64,000 bases of DNA from an uncultured Gemmatimonadales bacterium. Lineage in GTDB: Bacteria; Gemmatimonadota; Gemmatimonadetes; Longimicrobiales; RSA9. The translations under genes and the position numbers were made by a program. Under the pieces are notes generated by a model. It ran no database searches, had not been told where the DNA came from, and saw only the letters and a program-made list of their open reading frames with translations. Positions 1 through 9,048 of the stretch are shown piece after piece (within the stretch, counting starts at the first letter, position 1; each line of letters begins with the position of its first letter). Location of the stretch: the NCBI GenBank assembly GCA_963741945.1, contig CAVUKA010000003.1, forward strand, positions 160,001 through 224,000, read 5' to 3'.

Positions 1-1332
1 GACCTCCCCGCAGTCGTCGCTGCGGCAGTACCAGACCGGGATCCGGTGTCCCCACCACAGCTGCCGGCTGATGCACCAGTCCCGGATGTTCTCCAGCCAG
101 TTCTCGTAGACCGTCTTCCAGTGCTCGGGCGTGAAGCGGATCGTCCCGTCCCGGCTCGCTGCCAGCGCCGGCACGGCCAGCGGCGCCATCTTCACGAACC
201 ACTGCTCGCTCAGCCGCGGCTCCACCACCGTGTCGCACCGGTAGCACCGGGGCACCGAGTGCGTGTACTCCTCCACACGCTCCAGCAGCCCCTGCTCCTC
301 CAGCTCCGCCACCACACGGTCCCGCGCCTCGAAACGGTCCAGCCCCACGAACTGCGCCGGCACCGCGTCGCTCATCCCGCCGGTTGGCGTGAGAACGTCG
401 ATCGCCGGGAGATCGTGGCGTCGCCCGATCTCGAAATCGTTCGGGTCGTGCGCTGGCGTCACTTTCACTGCGCCGCTGCCGAACTCCGGGTCGACCCAGT
501 CGTCGGCCACGATCGGGATCTCCCGCCCCGTGAGCGGGAGCATCACGCGCCGGCCCACCAGCGCGGCGAATCGCTCGTCCCCCGGGTGCACGGCCACGGC
601 CGTGTCCCCCAGCATGGTCTCCGGCCGCGTGGTCGCCACCACGAGGTAGGGGCGACCATCGGAGAGACGGGGCAGCCCGCCCGCCTCGCCGCTCCCGGAC
701 AGAGGGTAGCGCAGGTGGTACAGCCGACCGGCCGTCTCGTGCGGCTCCGCTTCCTCATTGCTCAGCGCCGTGAGACACCGGGGACACCAGTTGATGATGT
801 AGTTCCCGCGATAGATCAGCCCCTTCTCGTACAGGCGAACGAACACCTCCCGTACGGCGGCCGAAAGCCCGGGATCCAGCGTGAACCGCTCCCGACTCAG
901 GTCGAAGGAGCACCCGGTGGCTTCCAGCTGTCGGATGATCCGCGGCCGCGTCTGCCCCACCCAGTCCCACACCCTCGCCTCGAATGCGTCACGCCCCAGG
1001 TCCTGACGCGTCAGACCATCCTTCGCCAGCTGACGCTCCACCACGTTCTGCGTGGCGATGCCGGCGTGGTCGGTCCCCGGGATCCACAGCGCTTCGCGCC
1101 CCTTCATCCGCCGCCACCGGATCAGCAGGTCCTGCAGCGTGTTGTTCAGGCCGTGCCCCATGTGCAGCACGGCCGTCACGTTCGGCGGCGGGATGACGAT
1201 GACGTACGGCTCACGCTCGCCGCTCAGCACCGCTTCGGCGGACGCGCCGAAGTACCCCTTCGCGAGCCACTCCTGGTAGAGCGGCCCCTCGATCTCGGCC
1301 GGGTCGTAGGTCTTCGAAAGTGGTTCGGTCAT
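1..1332 (-). CDS. valS: Valine--tRNA ligase, 5' part (runs off the left edge)
   Basis: Manual minus-strand translation from ATG at 1332: [16 protein letters not shown]...[14 protein letters not shown] (HIGH-like)...[11 protein letters not shown]...[11 protein letters not shown]...[14 protein letters not shown]. Absent from the ORF track because there is no stop in the window. Confidence 0.97.
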   Translation of the reverse strand, partial: MTEPLSKTYDPAEIEGPLYQEWLAKGYFGASAEAVLSGEREPYVIVIPPPNVTAVLHMGHGLNNTLQDLLIRWRRMKGREALWIPGTDHAGIATQNVVERQLAKDGLTRQDLGRDAFEARVWDWVGQTRPRIIRQLEATGCSFDLSRERFTLDPGLSAAVREVFVRLYEKGLIYRGNYIINWCPRCLTALSNEEAEPHETAGRLYHLRYPLSGSGEAGGLPRLSDGRPYLVVATTRPETMLGDTAVAVHPGDERFAALVGRRVMLPLTGREIPIVADDWVDPEFGSGAVKVTPAHDPNDFEIGRRHDLPAIDVLTPTGGMSDAVPAQFVGLDRFEARDRVVAELEEQGLLERVEEYTHSVPRCYRCDTVVEPRLSEQWFVKMAPLAVPALAASRDGTIRFTPEHWKTVYENWLENIRDWCISRQLWWGHRIPVWYCRSDDCGEV

Positions 1333-1346
1333 AAGTTGTTTAGATT

Positions 1347-1384
1347 AAACGAAAAACGGCCCGGCCGCCACCGGCCGGACCGTT
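1347..1384 (-). terminator. Intrinsic terminator after the BON gene, just upstream of valS
   Basis: Minus strand AACGGTCCGGCCG-GTGG-CGGCCGGGCCGTT (13-bp stem, one G-U) followed by a T-rich run. Confidence 0.75.
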
Positions 1385-1407
1385 CCCGCTGTCGCCAGGA
1401 GAGTTGG

Positions 1408-2100
1408 TCAGGCGCCGTCCGGCGACTCCGGCTCGGTCGAGCGCTTCGGCGTGCTGTTCGGCCTCGGCGCCGGGTCGAGCCCCGCATCGCGAATCGCTTC
1501 CTCGTCACCCGGCTTCACGTCCGCGCTCTCCACTGCCTCATCGCCCGAGATCGGGTGCACGCGGGACTCGGGCTCATCGTCGATGTTCGCCACATCCAGC
1601 TCCCGCTCCAGGAGCCGCTGGCGGTCGCTCGGCCGGTCCGGGTCCGTGGCCGGCGACTGTCGGCGCCGCCCCATGCCCACGCCCATGCCGTAGTGGTGGG
1701 ACTCGCGCAGGTCCGGCGCGCCGTCGTTCCAGCGGTGGCGAGCCGAGTCTCGCCGACCTTCCTCCTCCGCGATCACCAGACGGTTCACCACCGTGTACAC
1801 ACCCGCCGTGGCCTGGGCCGCACCCATGGCCCGCTCCGCTTCCGCCCGTTCCGCCACTTCGCCGGTGAGCTCGATCACGCCCTCGGCGATGGCGTCCACC
1901 GTGATCCGGCGGCGCGACAGCTTCGGGTCGCGCTGCAGCGCGTCCATGACCTCCGCTGCCGTTCCGCGCGGGCGTGCCCGCCCCCGTCCCGCCTCGGGCG
2001 GCCTGACCCGGCGCCACCACACCCAGGCGCCCGTGGCCACCAGTCCTGCCGAGACTCCGATCACTGCCACGATCCGTTGCCTGCCGCGATCCGCTGCCAT
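1408..2100 (-). CDS. Membrane-anchored BON-domain protein
   Basis: N-terminal hydrophobic helix, then BON-like segment (ALQRDPKL...ITVD...GVIELTGEV...A...GVYTVVNRL) and an acidic low-complexity tail. SD AGGAGG upstream. Confidence 0.8.
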   Translation of the reverse strand: MAADRGRQRIVAVIGVSAGLVATGAWVWWRRVRPPEAGRGRARPRGTAAEVMDALQRDPKLSRRRITVDAIAEGVIELTGEVAERAEAERAMGAAQATAGVYTVVNRLVIAEEEGRRDSARHRWNDGAPDLRESHHYGMGVGMGRRRQSPATDPDRPSDRQRLLERELDVANIDDEPESRVHPISGDEAVESADVKPGDEEAIRDAGLDPAPRPNSTPKRSTEPESPDGA

Positions 2101-2146
2101 GCTTCGACCGCCTCCTGACTGTGGTGGGAAATCCGTCGGCTATGCG

Positions 2147-2162
2147 TGCAAGCCATGAGCCA
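2147..2162 (-). promoter_or_regulatory. Candidate sigma54 (-24/-12) promoter of the BON gene
   Basis: Minus strand TGGCTCATGGCTTGCA = GG-N10-GC, close to TGGCAC-N5-TTGCA, 46 nt upstream of the ATG. Confidence 0.55.
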
Positions 2163-2179
2163 GCGTGGCGGCCACCGGG

Positions 2180-2992
2180 TCAGCTGCCGCCGCTATCCCC
2201 GGACCCGCCGCCGTTCTCCGCCGCCTTCCGCTCGGCACGTTCCTTGTCCCGCCGCTCCCGGATCGCTTTCACCCGGTCCTTGAAGCTCTCCAGCACCGCG
2301 GCGCGATCCACCTGGTTCTCCAGCTCGATCCAGCGCGAGGCCTTCGGGTCGAACTCGTCGTCCGAAAGGATGAAGATGGGAAGCGGGAGCGTCATCTTGC
2401 CCAGGTGAAGCTGGCCGGGGCTGATCCCCCACTTTCCGCCGTTCTTGTCCTCCACGGTCCAGTCGTGGCTGCGGAGCGCCCGGTCCGTTGCCGCGAGCGC
2501 CGAGTCGTTCAACATCTCCACGGCGGCGCTCAGCCGGTCCTCCACTTCCGACAGTGTGGGCGCGTGCGGCACGAGCACCATCGGCTCGTAGAAACGGGGA
2601 TCGACCACACGTGGCGCCAGCCGGTCCGCGGCCGATTGAACGTCCGGTCTGCGCGCTTCCACGTCGCCGGCCGGAGGTGCGGGAGCCGACCGCGGCGCAG
2701 GCTCCGGCTCCGGAGCCACGGGGCGCGGCCGCGGGGGAATGGACGTGGCTTCCGTATTCGGCTCCACCACGGCGAGCTGCACCGCCCGCATTCCGTGCGG
2801 CGGCACCACCACCACGCTCCGGGGACGGACGGCCGGCGGCGGCTCCGGCGTGAGGAGATCGCTCACCCAGGCAATGGCGAGAACGTGCACCAGTACGGAT
2901 ACGATGAATCCCACCCGAAGCGCCCGGCGCTCCCGGCCCCGCCGCCGCGCCGACCCCGGTCGCGCTCCGTCGTGCCCGCTGATGCTCGCCAT
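2180..2992 (-). CDS. Hypothetical protein: N-terminal TM anchor, Pro-rich linker, unknown C-terminal domain
   Basis: SVLVHVLAI TM motif (TonB/TolA-like S-x3-H), PEPEPAP-rich linker, C-terminal DWT...GKWGISPG...HLG segment. Confidence 0.7.
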   Translation of the reverse strand: MASISGHDGARPGSARRRGRERRALRVGFIVSVLVHVLAIAWVSDLLTPEPPPAVRPRSVVVVPPHGMRAVQLAVVEPNTEATSIPPRPRPVAPEPEPAPRSAPAPPAGDVEARRPDVQSAADRLAPRVVDPRFYEPMVLVPHAPTLSEVEDRLSAAVEMLNDSALAATDRALRSHDWTVEDKNGGKWGISPGQLHLGKMTLPLPIFILSDDEFDPKASRWIELENQVDRAAVLESFKDRVKAIRERRDKERAERKAAENGGGSGDSGGS

Positions 2993-3060
2993 GTCCGGAG
3001 TTGATAACCCGCTCGGCGGCTTCAGGTCCTTGGGGACCAGGCCGCGCCCGGACCGCCGCG

Positions 3061-4221
3061 CTACAGCACCCGCCCGAGGCGCGCTGCCGCCTCTTCGAGG
3101 CGCGACTCACCCCTGGTCAGCGCGATCCGCAGGAACCCCTCACCCCCGGCGCCCAGCGCGGCGCCCGGCATGATCACGACGCCTTCCTCCTGCAGCGCGC
3201 GCATGGCGAACGCCTCCGACGGCTCGCCGCCGGGCACCGGCACCCAGAGGTACATGGTGGCCCGGGGAGGCTCCACGTCGAAGCCCGCCTTGCGCAGCGC
3301 CTTCACCGCCACGTCGCGCCGGCGCTGGAACGCCGCCACGTTCCCTGGCACGAAGTCCTCGTAGCTCTCGAGCGCAGCCCGCGCGCCCGCCTGCACGGCC
3401 ATGAAGTGGCCCGTGTCCACGAACGTCTTCACCCGCTGGAGCGCCGAAACGAGAGCGGCATCACCGGCGGCCCAGCCCACGCGCCACCCGGTCATGTTGT
3501 ACGTCTTGGAGAACGAGTGGAACTCGAGGGCCACTTCCGCCGCCCCATCGATCTCCAGGATGCTCGGCGGGCGGTAGCCGTCATACGCGATCTCGCTGTA
3601 GGCGTTGTCATAGCAGAGCACGGAGTCGTGCTCTCGACACCACGCCACGGCATCCTCCAGGTACGCGCGCGGCGCGGCCGCCGCCGTGGGATTGTTGGGA
3701 TAGTTGAGGTAGACGATCCGGGTCCGCCGCGCCACGTCCTCCGGAATGGTCTCGAACGGGATCAGGAATTCGTGCTCCGGGCGGAGCGGGACGAGGTACG
3801 GCTCGCCGCCGGCCAGCAGCGTGCCCCCGCGGTACGGCTGGTATCCGGGGTCCGGCACCACCGTCGCATCGCCGGGACCCACGAAGCCGAACGCCAGGTG
3901 CGCGATCCCCTCCTTCGAGCCGATCAGCGGCAGTACTTCGGCCATCGGATCCAGCGCCACCCCGAAGCGCCCCTCCATCCACACCGCGATCGCCTCGCGC
4001 AGCTCCACCAGCCCGAGCTGAAACCCGTACCGGTTCATCGGCACGTCGTCGATCGCCCGCTTCACTGCCGCCACGGCGGCGGCCGGAGGCGCCAGGTCGG
4101 CATCGCCGGCTCCGAGGTCGATCACGTCCACACCCCTCGCCCGCAGCTCCCGCCGGATGCGGGGAACCTCGGCCAGGGGGTACGCGGGGAAATCGTCGAA
4201 TCGTGCGTGTACCTTGGGCAT
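3061..4221 (-). CDS. PLP-dependent class I/II aminotransferase, LL-diaminopimelate aminotransferase-like
   Basis: GSKEGIAH, YLNYPNNPT, DNAYSE, EFHSFSKTYNMTGWRVG. Start set at ATG 4221 (MPKVHARF). Confidence 0.85.
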   Translation of the reverse strand: MPKVHARFDDFPAYPLAEVPRIRRELRARGVDVIDLGAGDADLAPPAAAVAAVKRAIDDVPMNRYGFQLGLVELREAIAVWMEGRFGVALDPMAEVLPLIGSKEGIAHLAFGFVGPGDATVVPDPGYQPYRGGTLLAGGEPYLVPLRPEHEFLIPFETIPEDVARRTRIVYLNYPNNPTAAAAPRAYLEDAVAWCREHDSVLCYDNAYSEIAYDGYRPPSILEIDGAAEVALEFHSFSKTYNMTGWRVGWAAGDAALVSALQRVKTFVDTGHFMAVQAGARAALESYEDFVPGNVAAFQRRRDVAVKALRKAGFDVEPPRATMYLWVPVPGGEPSEAFAMRALQEEGVVIMPGAALGAGGEGFLRIALTRGESRLEEAAARLGRVL

Positions 4222-4400
4222 CGCAGCGCGCTTGCATGGGTGAACGTCCCGGTCGCCGGCAATCGAATGCGACGGAGCATCGGGGGCAAGAGCGTCCGCC
4301 CGACCGACCTTGTGGCCCACCTCCGAAGCGCCCACATTTCCTGTCAGCCCCCCTCCGCGCGCTCCCGTGCGGCCGCCGTGGTCCTCGAACAGGGACGACC

Positions 4401-5678
4401 ATGCGATCTTCTGCCTTCCGCTCCGATGTTCTCGCGGCGCTCGCGCTACCGCCCCGCGTTCACCCCCTCCCCCCCGGCGCGCTGCTGGCCGTCGCGCTGG
4501 TCCTCGGCGCCTGCGGCTCCTCGCCACCGAACCAGGTCGCCACGCGCGACTCCGCCGGCGTCACCATCACGCGCTCCGAAACGCCGGTGTGGGCCCCCGG
4601 CGCCGAATGGCGCGTCGCGGCCACTCCGACCATGGTCACCGGCGGCCTCGCCGGACAGTCCAACTACGAGTTCACCAACGTCGTGGACGCGCGCAGACTG
4701 CCCGACGGCCACGTCCTGGCGACGCAGTGCAGTCCTCCGCAGGTGCGCCTCTACGGCCCCTCCGGCGAGTTCGTTCGCGCGTTCGGAGGGCTCGGCGTTG
4801 CGCCGGGCCGCTGCCAGTTCATCCTGCACAGCTGGCTCGCCGGCACGGACACCCTCCTCGTCTATGATCCGACCCTGGGCCGGGTGACCCGGTTCGGTCT
4901 CGGCGGCGAGCTCATCGGCGTCGATGACGTGGGCGCAGCCAGCGACGAGGGCGGGTTCGTGTGGGTGGACCGTTTCGCGGACGGATCGCTCCTGGGGCGG
5001 CCGAACAGCCCCCCACCTTCGGTCAACGGCCGCTCGCGCGCCAGCTTCGCCTACGTGCGCCGCGACCCCTCTACCGGGGCCATTGACACGCTGCTGACTG
5101 CCGCCGGGGCCGAGTACGTGGCCGAGGGCATCGGCACGCCGGAAGCACGGACCGAGCAGGTCCTGTTCAGCCCGTTCACCAGCGCCATCGCCCTCGACAG
5201 TACGATGCTGGTGGCTGATACGCGCGATTTCTGGATCGAGGAATGGACGCGGGACGGTCGCCTGCTGCGGCGGTTCGGCCGGGCGTACGAGCCGCGCTCC
5301 ATCGACCGGGACTTCATCCGCGCCTACACGCAGCAGCGCCTTGCCGCAGCCGGCTCGCGGGCGAGGGATGTGCGGGTCGAGCTCGCTCGCGCCGTGTTCG
5401 CCGACGCGTTCCCCGCCCATGAGGGCACGATCCTGGTCGACCCTTCCGGCAACGTGTGGGTGCTCGACTACCCCGGCGCGGCCGACCAGACGCGGGCGTG
5501 GAGCGTATTCGACCCCGACGGTCGCTGGCTCGGAGATGTCCAGCTCCCCAGGGAGTTGCGCGTGACCGATGTCGGGACGGACTACCTCCTGGGCGTCTGG
5601 CGCGACGCGGATGGCACGCAGACGGTTCGCGCCTATGCGCTGGACCGCTCACCCTCTCCGGTCGCGGCCGGAAGCTAG
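4401..5678 (+). CDS. Lipoprotein with 6-bladed beta-propeller-like domain
   Basis: Lipobox VLGAC, RDSAGVTI segment, FVRAFGG.G..PG, C-terminal WSVFDPDGRWLG. Confidence 0.75.
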   Translation: MRSSAFRSDVLAALALPPRVHPLPPGALLAVALVLGACGSSPPNQVATRDSAGVTITRSETPVWAPGAEWRVAATPTMVTGGLAGQSNYEFTNVVDARRLPDGHVLATQCSPPQVRLYGPSGEFVRAFGGLGVAPGRCQFILHSWLAGTDTLLVYDPTLGRVTRFGLGGELIGVDDVGAASDEGGFVWVDRFADGSLLGRPNSPPPSVNGRSRASFAYVRRDPSTGAIDTLLTAAGAEYVAEGIGTPEARTEQVLFSPFTSAIALDSTMLVADTRDFWIEEWTRDGRLLRRFGRAYEPRSIDRDFIRAYTQQRLAAAGSRARDVRVELARAVFADAFPAHEGTILVDPSGNVWVLDYPGAADQTRAWSVFDPDGRWLGDVQLPRELRVTDVGTDYLLGVWRDADGTQTVRAYALDRSPSPVAAGS

Positions 5679-5689
5679 CCAGCCGGCCC

Positions 5690-5721
5690 GGCGGTGCGTT
5701 CCCACCCGGAGACGCGCCGCC
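5690..5721. terminator. GC-rich hairpin between convergent genes
   Basis: GGCGGTGCGT...ACGCGCCGCC (10 bp, one G-U). No clear U tract. Confidence 0.35.
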
Positions 5722-5728
5722 AGGGGGG

Positions 5729-6370
5729 TTACGCGTCGGCGATGGCGCTGCCGACCTTCGACAGGACCCGCGCCCCGAGCTGCACCTCGACCACGACGTC
5801 CGACCCGGCCGGGAGCGGGCCGACCCCCGCCGGCGTCCCCGTGGCGATCAGGTCTCCCGGCTCGAGCGTCATGATGGCGCTGATGTAGCTGACCAAGTAC
5901 GGGATCCCGAAGGCCATCTGCCGGGCTGCGCCCCGCTGCCGCACCTCCCCGCCCACCCGGCACTCCACGACCAGCTCCCTCCAGTCCGCGACCTCCGCCG
6001 CCGGCGCCATGGCTCCCACCGGGCAGAACGTGTCGAAGCCCTTCGCCCTCGTCCACTGGCCGTCCACTTTCTGCAGGTCGCGGGCGGTCACGTCGTTAAG
6101 CGCGCAGTACCCCGCCACGTGATCCAGCGCGTCCCCCTCGCCCACGTTGCGACAGCGGCGCCCGATCACCACGCCGATCTCACCCTCGTGCTCCACCTGC
6201 GACGACTGCCGCGGCCGAACGATCGTCCCACCGTCCTCCAGCAGCGCCGATGACGGCTTCAGGAACAGAAGCGGCTTCTCGGGCACCGCGTTCCCGAGCT
6301 CGGCCGCGTGCTCAACGTAGTTGCGCCCGACGCAGACGATCTTGCTCGGGCGCGGCAGTCCCTCCGGCAT
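5729..6370 (-). CDS. Fumarylacetoacetate hydrolase family protein
   Basis: KIVCVGRNY..H, FLKP, EHEGEIGVVIG, NDVTARD, AKGFDTFCP, GDLIATGTPAGVG. Start ATG 6370 with SD GGAG; overlaps the dinG 3' end. Confidence 0.93.
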   Translation of the reverse strand: MPEGLPRPSKIVCVGRNYVEHAAELGNAVPEKPLLFLKPSSALLEDGGTIVRPRQSSQVEHEGEIGVVIGRRCRNVGEGDALDHVAGYCALNDVTARDLQKVDGQWTRAKGFDTFCPVGAMAPAAEVADWRELVVECRVGGEVRQRGAARQMAFGIPYLVSYISAIMTLEPGDLIATGTPAGVGPLPAGSDVVVEVQLGARVLSKVGSAIADA

Positions 6371-8867
6371 CCGTCTCCTCCCCCCGTTCCTCGTAGAACC
6401 GTTCCAGCTCCTCACGCAGGGCCGACCAGGAGCCCGTGCGCACCGGCGCCGGCGGCAGCGTATCGATAAAGTAGCGGCCGTACGACTTCTCCAGCACGCG
6501 CGCATCCAGCAGGACCACCGCGCCACGGTCGGTGGTGGAACGGATCAGACGTCCGAATCCCTGCTTCAGCCGCAGCGCCGCATGCGGGAGCATGTAGTCG
6601 AAGAACCCGCTCCCGCCTCCCTGCTCGATGCTCTCCATCCTCGCCGCCGTGAGCGGCTCCGTGGGGACCCTGAACGGGAGCTTTGCGATCACCAGTCCCC
6701 GCAGCGGGTCACCGGGAACGTCCACACCCTCCCAGAACGATGCGACGCCCAGCAGGATCCCGCGCCCGTTCTCGGCGAATCGGCGCACCAGCTCCGCCCG
6801 CGGGCCTTCACCCTGCACGAACAGCGGCCATCGTCCGTCCACCCCCCGCTCCCGCAGCACGCCGGCCACGTGCCGGAGCGAGCGGTAGCTGGTGAACAGC
6901 CCGAAGATCCCGCCATCGCTGAGCGCGGCCACGTCCTCGATCACCGCCGCCGTGGCATCGTCGTGGCCCCGCCCGGGCCGGGGCACGTCGGTGGGAACGG
7001 CCACGAGCGTCTGGGTGCCGAAGTCGAACGGGCTCGGGTAGGCAGCCTCCCGGACGCGCACGGCGCGGTCGAGCCCGAGCCGCGCGGTCACGAAGCCGAA
7101 TCCCGCGCGCGTGCTCAGCGTGGCCGACGTGAGGACCGCGGTGTCGACCGGCTCCCACAGCGCTTCCCGGAGGACATCCCCCAGCTCGATCGGTGCCGCG
7201 CACACCGCCACGTTCGGGCTCGCCTGCCCGACCCCGCCCCGCCGCTCCAGCCACCGCACCATGGCCACCGCCTCCTGACCGGGGACCAGCGCCAGCCGCA
7301 GACCGTCCGCCTGCGCCCGCACACGGGACGAGAGCGCGCTCAGCTCCACCAGCTGCTCTTCCAGCTTCTGCGTGGCGGCACGGTCCGTCAGCACCGCCTC
7401 CCGAATCCCGTCCAGCGCCCGCGCCACCCGGTCCAGCACCTTCAGCAGATCCTCAAGCGCCTCCCCCACGACATTCGCCCAGCCGTCATCCCGCTCGAAC
7501 CCGTCCGCGAGTCGAAGCACGCTGTCCGGGGACCGGGTCACTACCGATTCCAGCCGTGCAAAGAGGTCCGCCGCCCGCTGCTTCGCGTTCGCGACGTCCG
7601 GCCGGACCTGGCGCTCGATCCGCGCGATGCAATCCTTCCGGACACTGCCGTCCGCCAGCAGCTTCAGTCGCTCCTCGACACCACGGACCACGCCCTTGCC
7701 ACGCCGGTCGATCCGGTTCAGGAGACGGAAAAGACCGCGCTGCGAAACGGCCACCCCCAGATGGCTGGTGGCCGCGTCCTCGATGTTGTGCGCCTCATCC
7801 AGCACGACCCGGCGGTAGGCCGGCAGCACCGCGGGCGCCGTGTAGTTGCCCTGGACACGACGCACGGCCAGGTCACTGAACAGGAGATGGTGATTCACCA
7901 CCAGCACATCCGCCCCCGCGGCATCGCGCCGCGCACGCTGGTAGAAACAGCTCTCGAAGTGCGGGCACTTCGCCCGGAGACACACGTCCGCGTCGCTCTG
8001 CACCTCGTCCCACACTTCCGCTGATGGCTCGAACGGCAGGTCCTGCCGAGATCCGTCCTGCGTCCGCTCCAGCCATGTGGTCAGCGCCTCCAGCTCCCTC
8101 GCCTGCGCTCCTTCCAGCAGCGCGCCCGCCGTCTCCAGTGCCAGCTTCGCTCGCCGGATCGAGATGTAGTTCCCCCGCCCTTTCACCAGTGCGTAATGGA
8201 ACGGCACGTCCAGCACTTTTCGCAGAAACGGCAGGTCCTTCATTACCAACTGCTCCTGCAGGTTGATCGTGTTCGTGCTCACGACCGTGCGCTCGCGGTT
8301 CAGCACCGCCCATTTCACGGCGGGAATCAGGTACGCGATGCTCTTTCCCGTCCCCGTCCCGGCCTCCGCTACGAGAACGCCCCCCGCGTTGTACGCTTCG
8401 GCCACGGCCACGGCCATGTCACGTTGTGTCGGCCGATCCTCGTACCCGGCGTGCTCCCGGGCCACGGGGCCGCCTGGCGCCAGCGCAGAGGCCACGTCCT
8501 CTGCCTCGAGCAGCTCCAGCTCCCGCTGACGCGGCGGCTCCGATACTACGTAAAGCTCCTGCGCAGCATTGTCGCATATGGCCATGCCGAGGCCGCGCCC
8601 GTACAGCTCGGCTGCCACACCCAGGTCCGCGTCGCTCGGCTCCAGCTGCCCCGATGGGTGGTTGTGGATCACGAGGCTGCCCCGCTCCGCGTCCGCCACC
8701 GCGGCCAGAACCGCCGTCTTGTGACCTCGCGCCACGGCCCGCGGGCGCTTCACCGCACCGTTCTCACCCACCACCGCTACGAAGCACACTTCGTTGCCCC
8801 CCGCCTTCTCGATCTCGTGGCGGAGGGCGCCGGCTGCCGATTTGGTGAGATGAAGGATGCGTGGCAT
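6312..8867 (-). CDS. DinG/YoaA-family ATP-dependent helicase with N-terminal JAB/MPN domain
   Basis: Q motif (RPTQ), EAGTGTGKS, DEAH, TSATL, LFTSY, FWEGVDVPG, QGFGRLIR. N-terminal E...HNHPSG...PSDAD. Confidence 0.92.
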   Translation of the reverse strand: MPRILHLTKSAAGALRHEIEKAGGNEVCFVAVVGENGAVKRPRAVARGHKTAVLAAVADAERGSLVIHNHPSGQLEPSDADLGVAAELYGRGLGMAICDNAAQELYVVSEPPRQRELELLEAEDVASALAPGGPVAREHAGYEDRPTQRDMAVAVAEAYNAGGVLVAEAGTGTGKSIAYLIPAVKWAVLNRERTVVSTNTINLQEQLVMKDLPFLRKVLDVPFHYALVKGRGNYISIRRAKLALETAGALLEGAQARELEALTTWLERTQDGSRQDLPFEPSAEVWDEVQSDADVCLRAKCPHFESCFYQRARRDAAGADVLVVNHHLLFSDLAVRRVQGNYTAPAVLPAYRRVVLDEAHNIEDAATSHLGVAVSQRGLFRLLNRIDRRGKGVVRGVEERLKLLADGSVRKDCIARIERQVRPDVANAKQRAADLFARLESVVTRSPDSVLRLADGFERDDGWANVVGEALEDLLKVLDRVARALDGIREAVLTDRAATQKLEEQLVELSALSSRVRAQADGLRLALVPGQEAVAMVRWLERRGGVGQASPNVAVCAAPIELGDVLREALWEPVDTAVLTSATLSTRAGFGFVTARLGLDRAVRVREAAYPSPFDFGTQTLVAVPTDVPRPGRGHDDATAAVIEDVAALSDGGIFGLFTSYRSLRHVAGVLRERGVDGRWPLFVQGEGPRAELVRRFAENGRGILLGVASFWEGVDVPGDPLRGLVIAKLPFRVPTEPLTAARMESIEQGGGSGFFDYMLPHAALRLKQGFGRLIRSTTDRGAVVLLDARVLEKSYGRYFIDTLPPAPVRTGSWSALREELERFYEERGEETDAGGTAAPEQDRLRRAQLR

Positions 8868-8956
8868 GCGGCGCGGGGCGAAAGGAAACCGAAGACAGTC
8901 TAACGCTTCCAGCGCCGGAACGGGAGAGCGCCGCGAGCGGGCCCGATGTTCGAGGT

Positions 8957-8985
8957 TGTCCCGGCGAGGGCGCGGATGCTATCGT
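8957..8985 (+). promoter_or_regulatory. Candidate sigma70 promoter of the amidohydrolase operon
   Basis: TTGTCC-N18-TATCGT with extended -10 TG; coordinates approximate. Confidence 0.4.
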
Positions 8986-9048
8986 GCAGCTTCATCATAC
9001 CCTGGCCTCGCGCGCCCGCTCGCTCCCATTGACGGAGGATACGGACTG

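Noticed and set aside
46-2118. 690-aa plus-strand ORF
   Set aside because: Antisense shadow of valS and the BON gene; no motifs; long stop-free antisense frames are expected at this GC content
4222-4400. Possible lysine riboswitch upstream of the DapL-like gene
   Set aside because: No recognisable lysine aptamer core and no terminator
6312-8867. DinG as a type IV CRISPR or defence-system component
   Set aside because: No cas genes, array or defence-like neighbours; context is housekeeping
8868-8910. GCGAAAGGAAACCG segment reminiscent of a c-di-GMP riboswitch
   Set aside because: Paired stems and the second conserved element are absent; more likely promoter DNA
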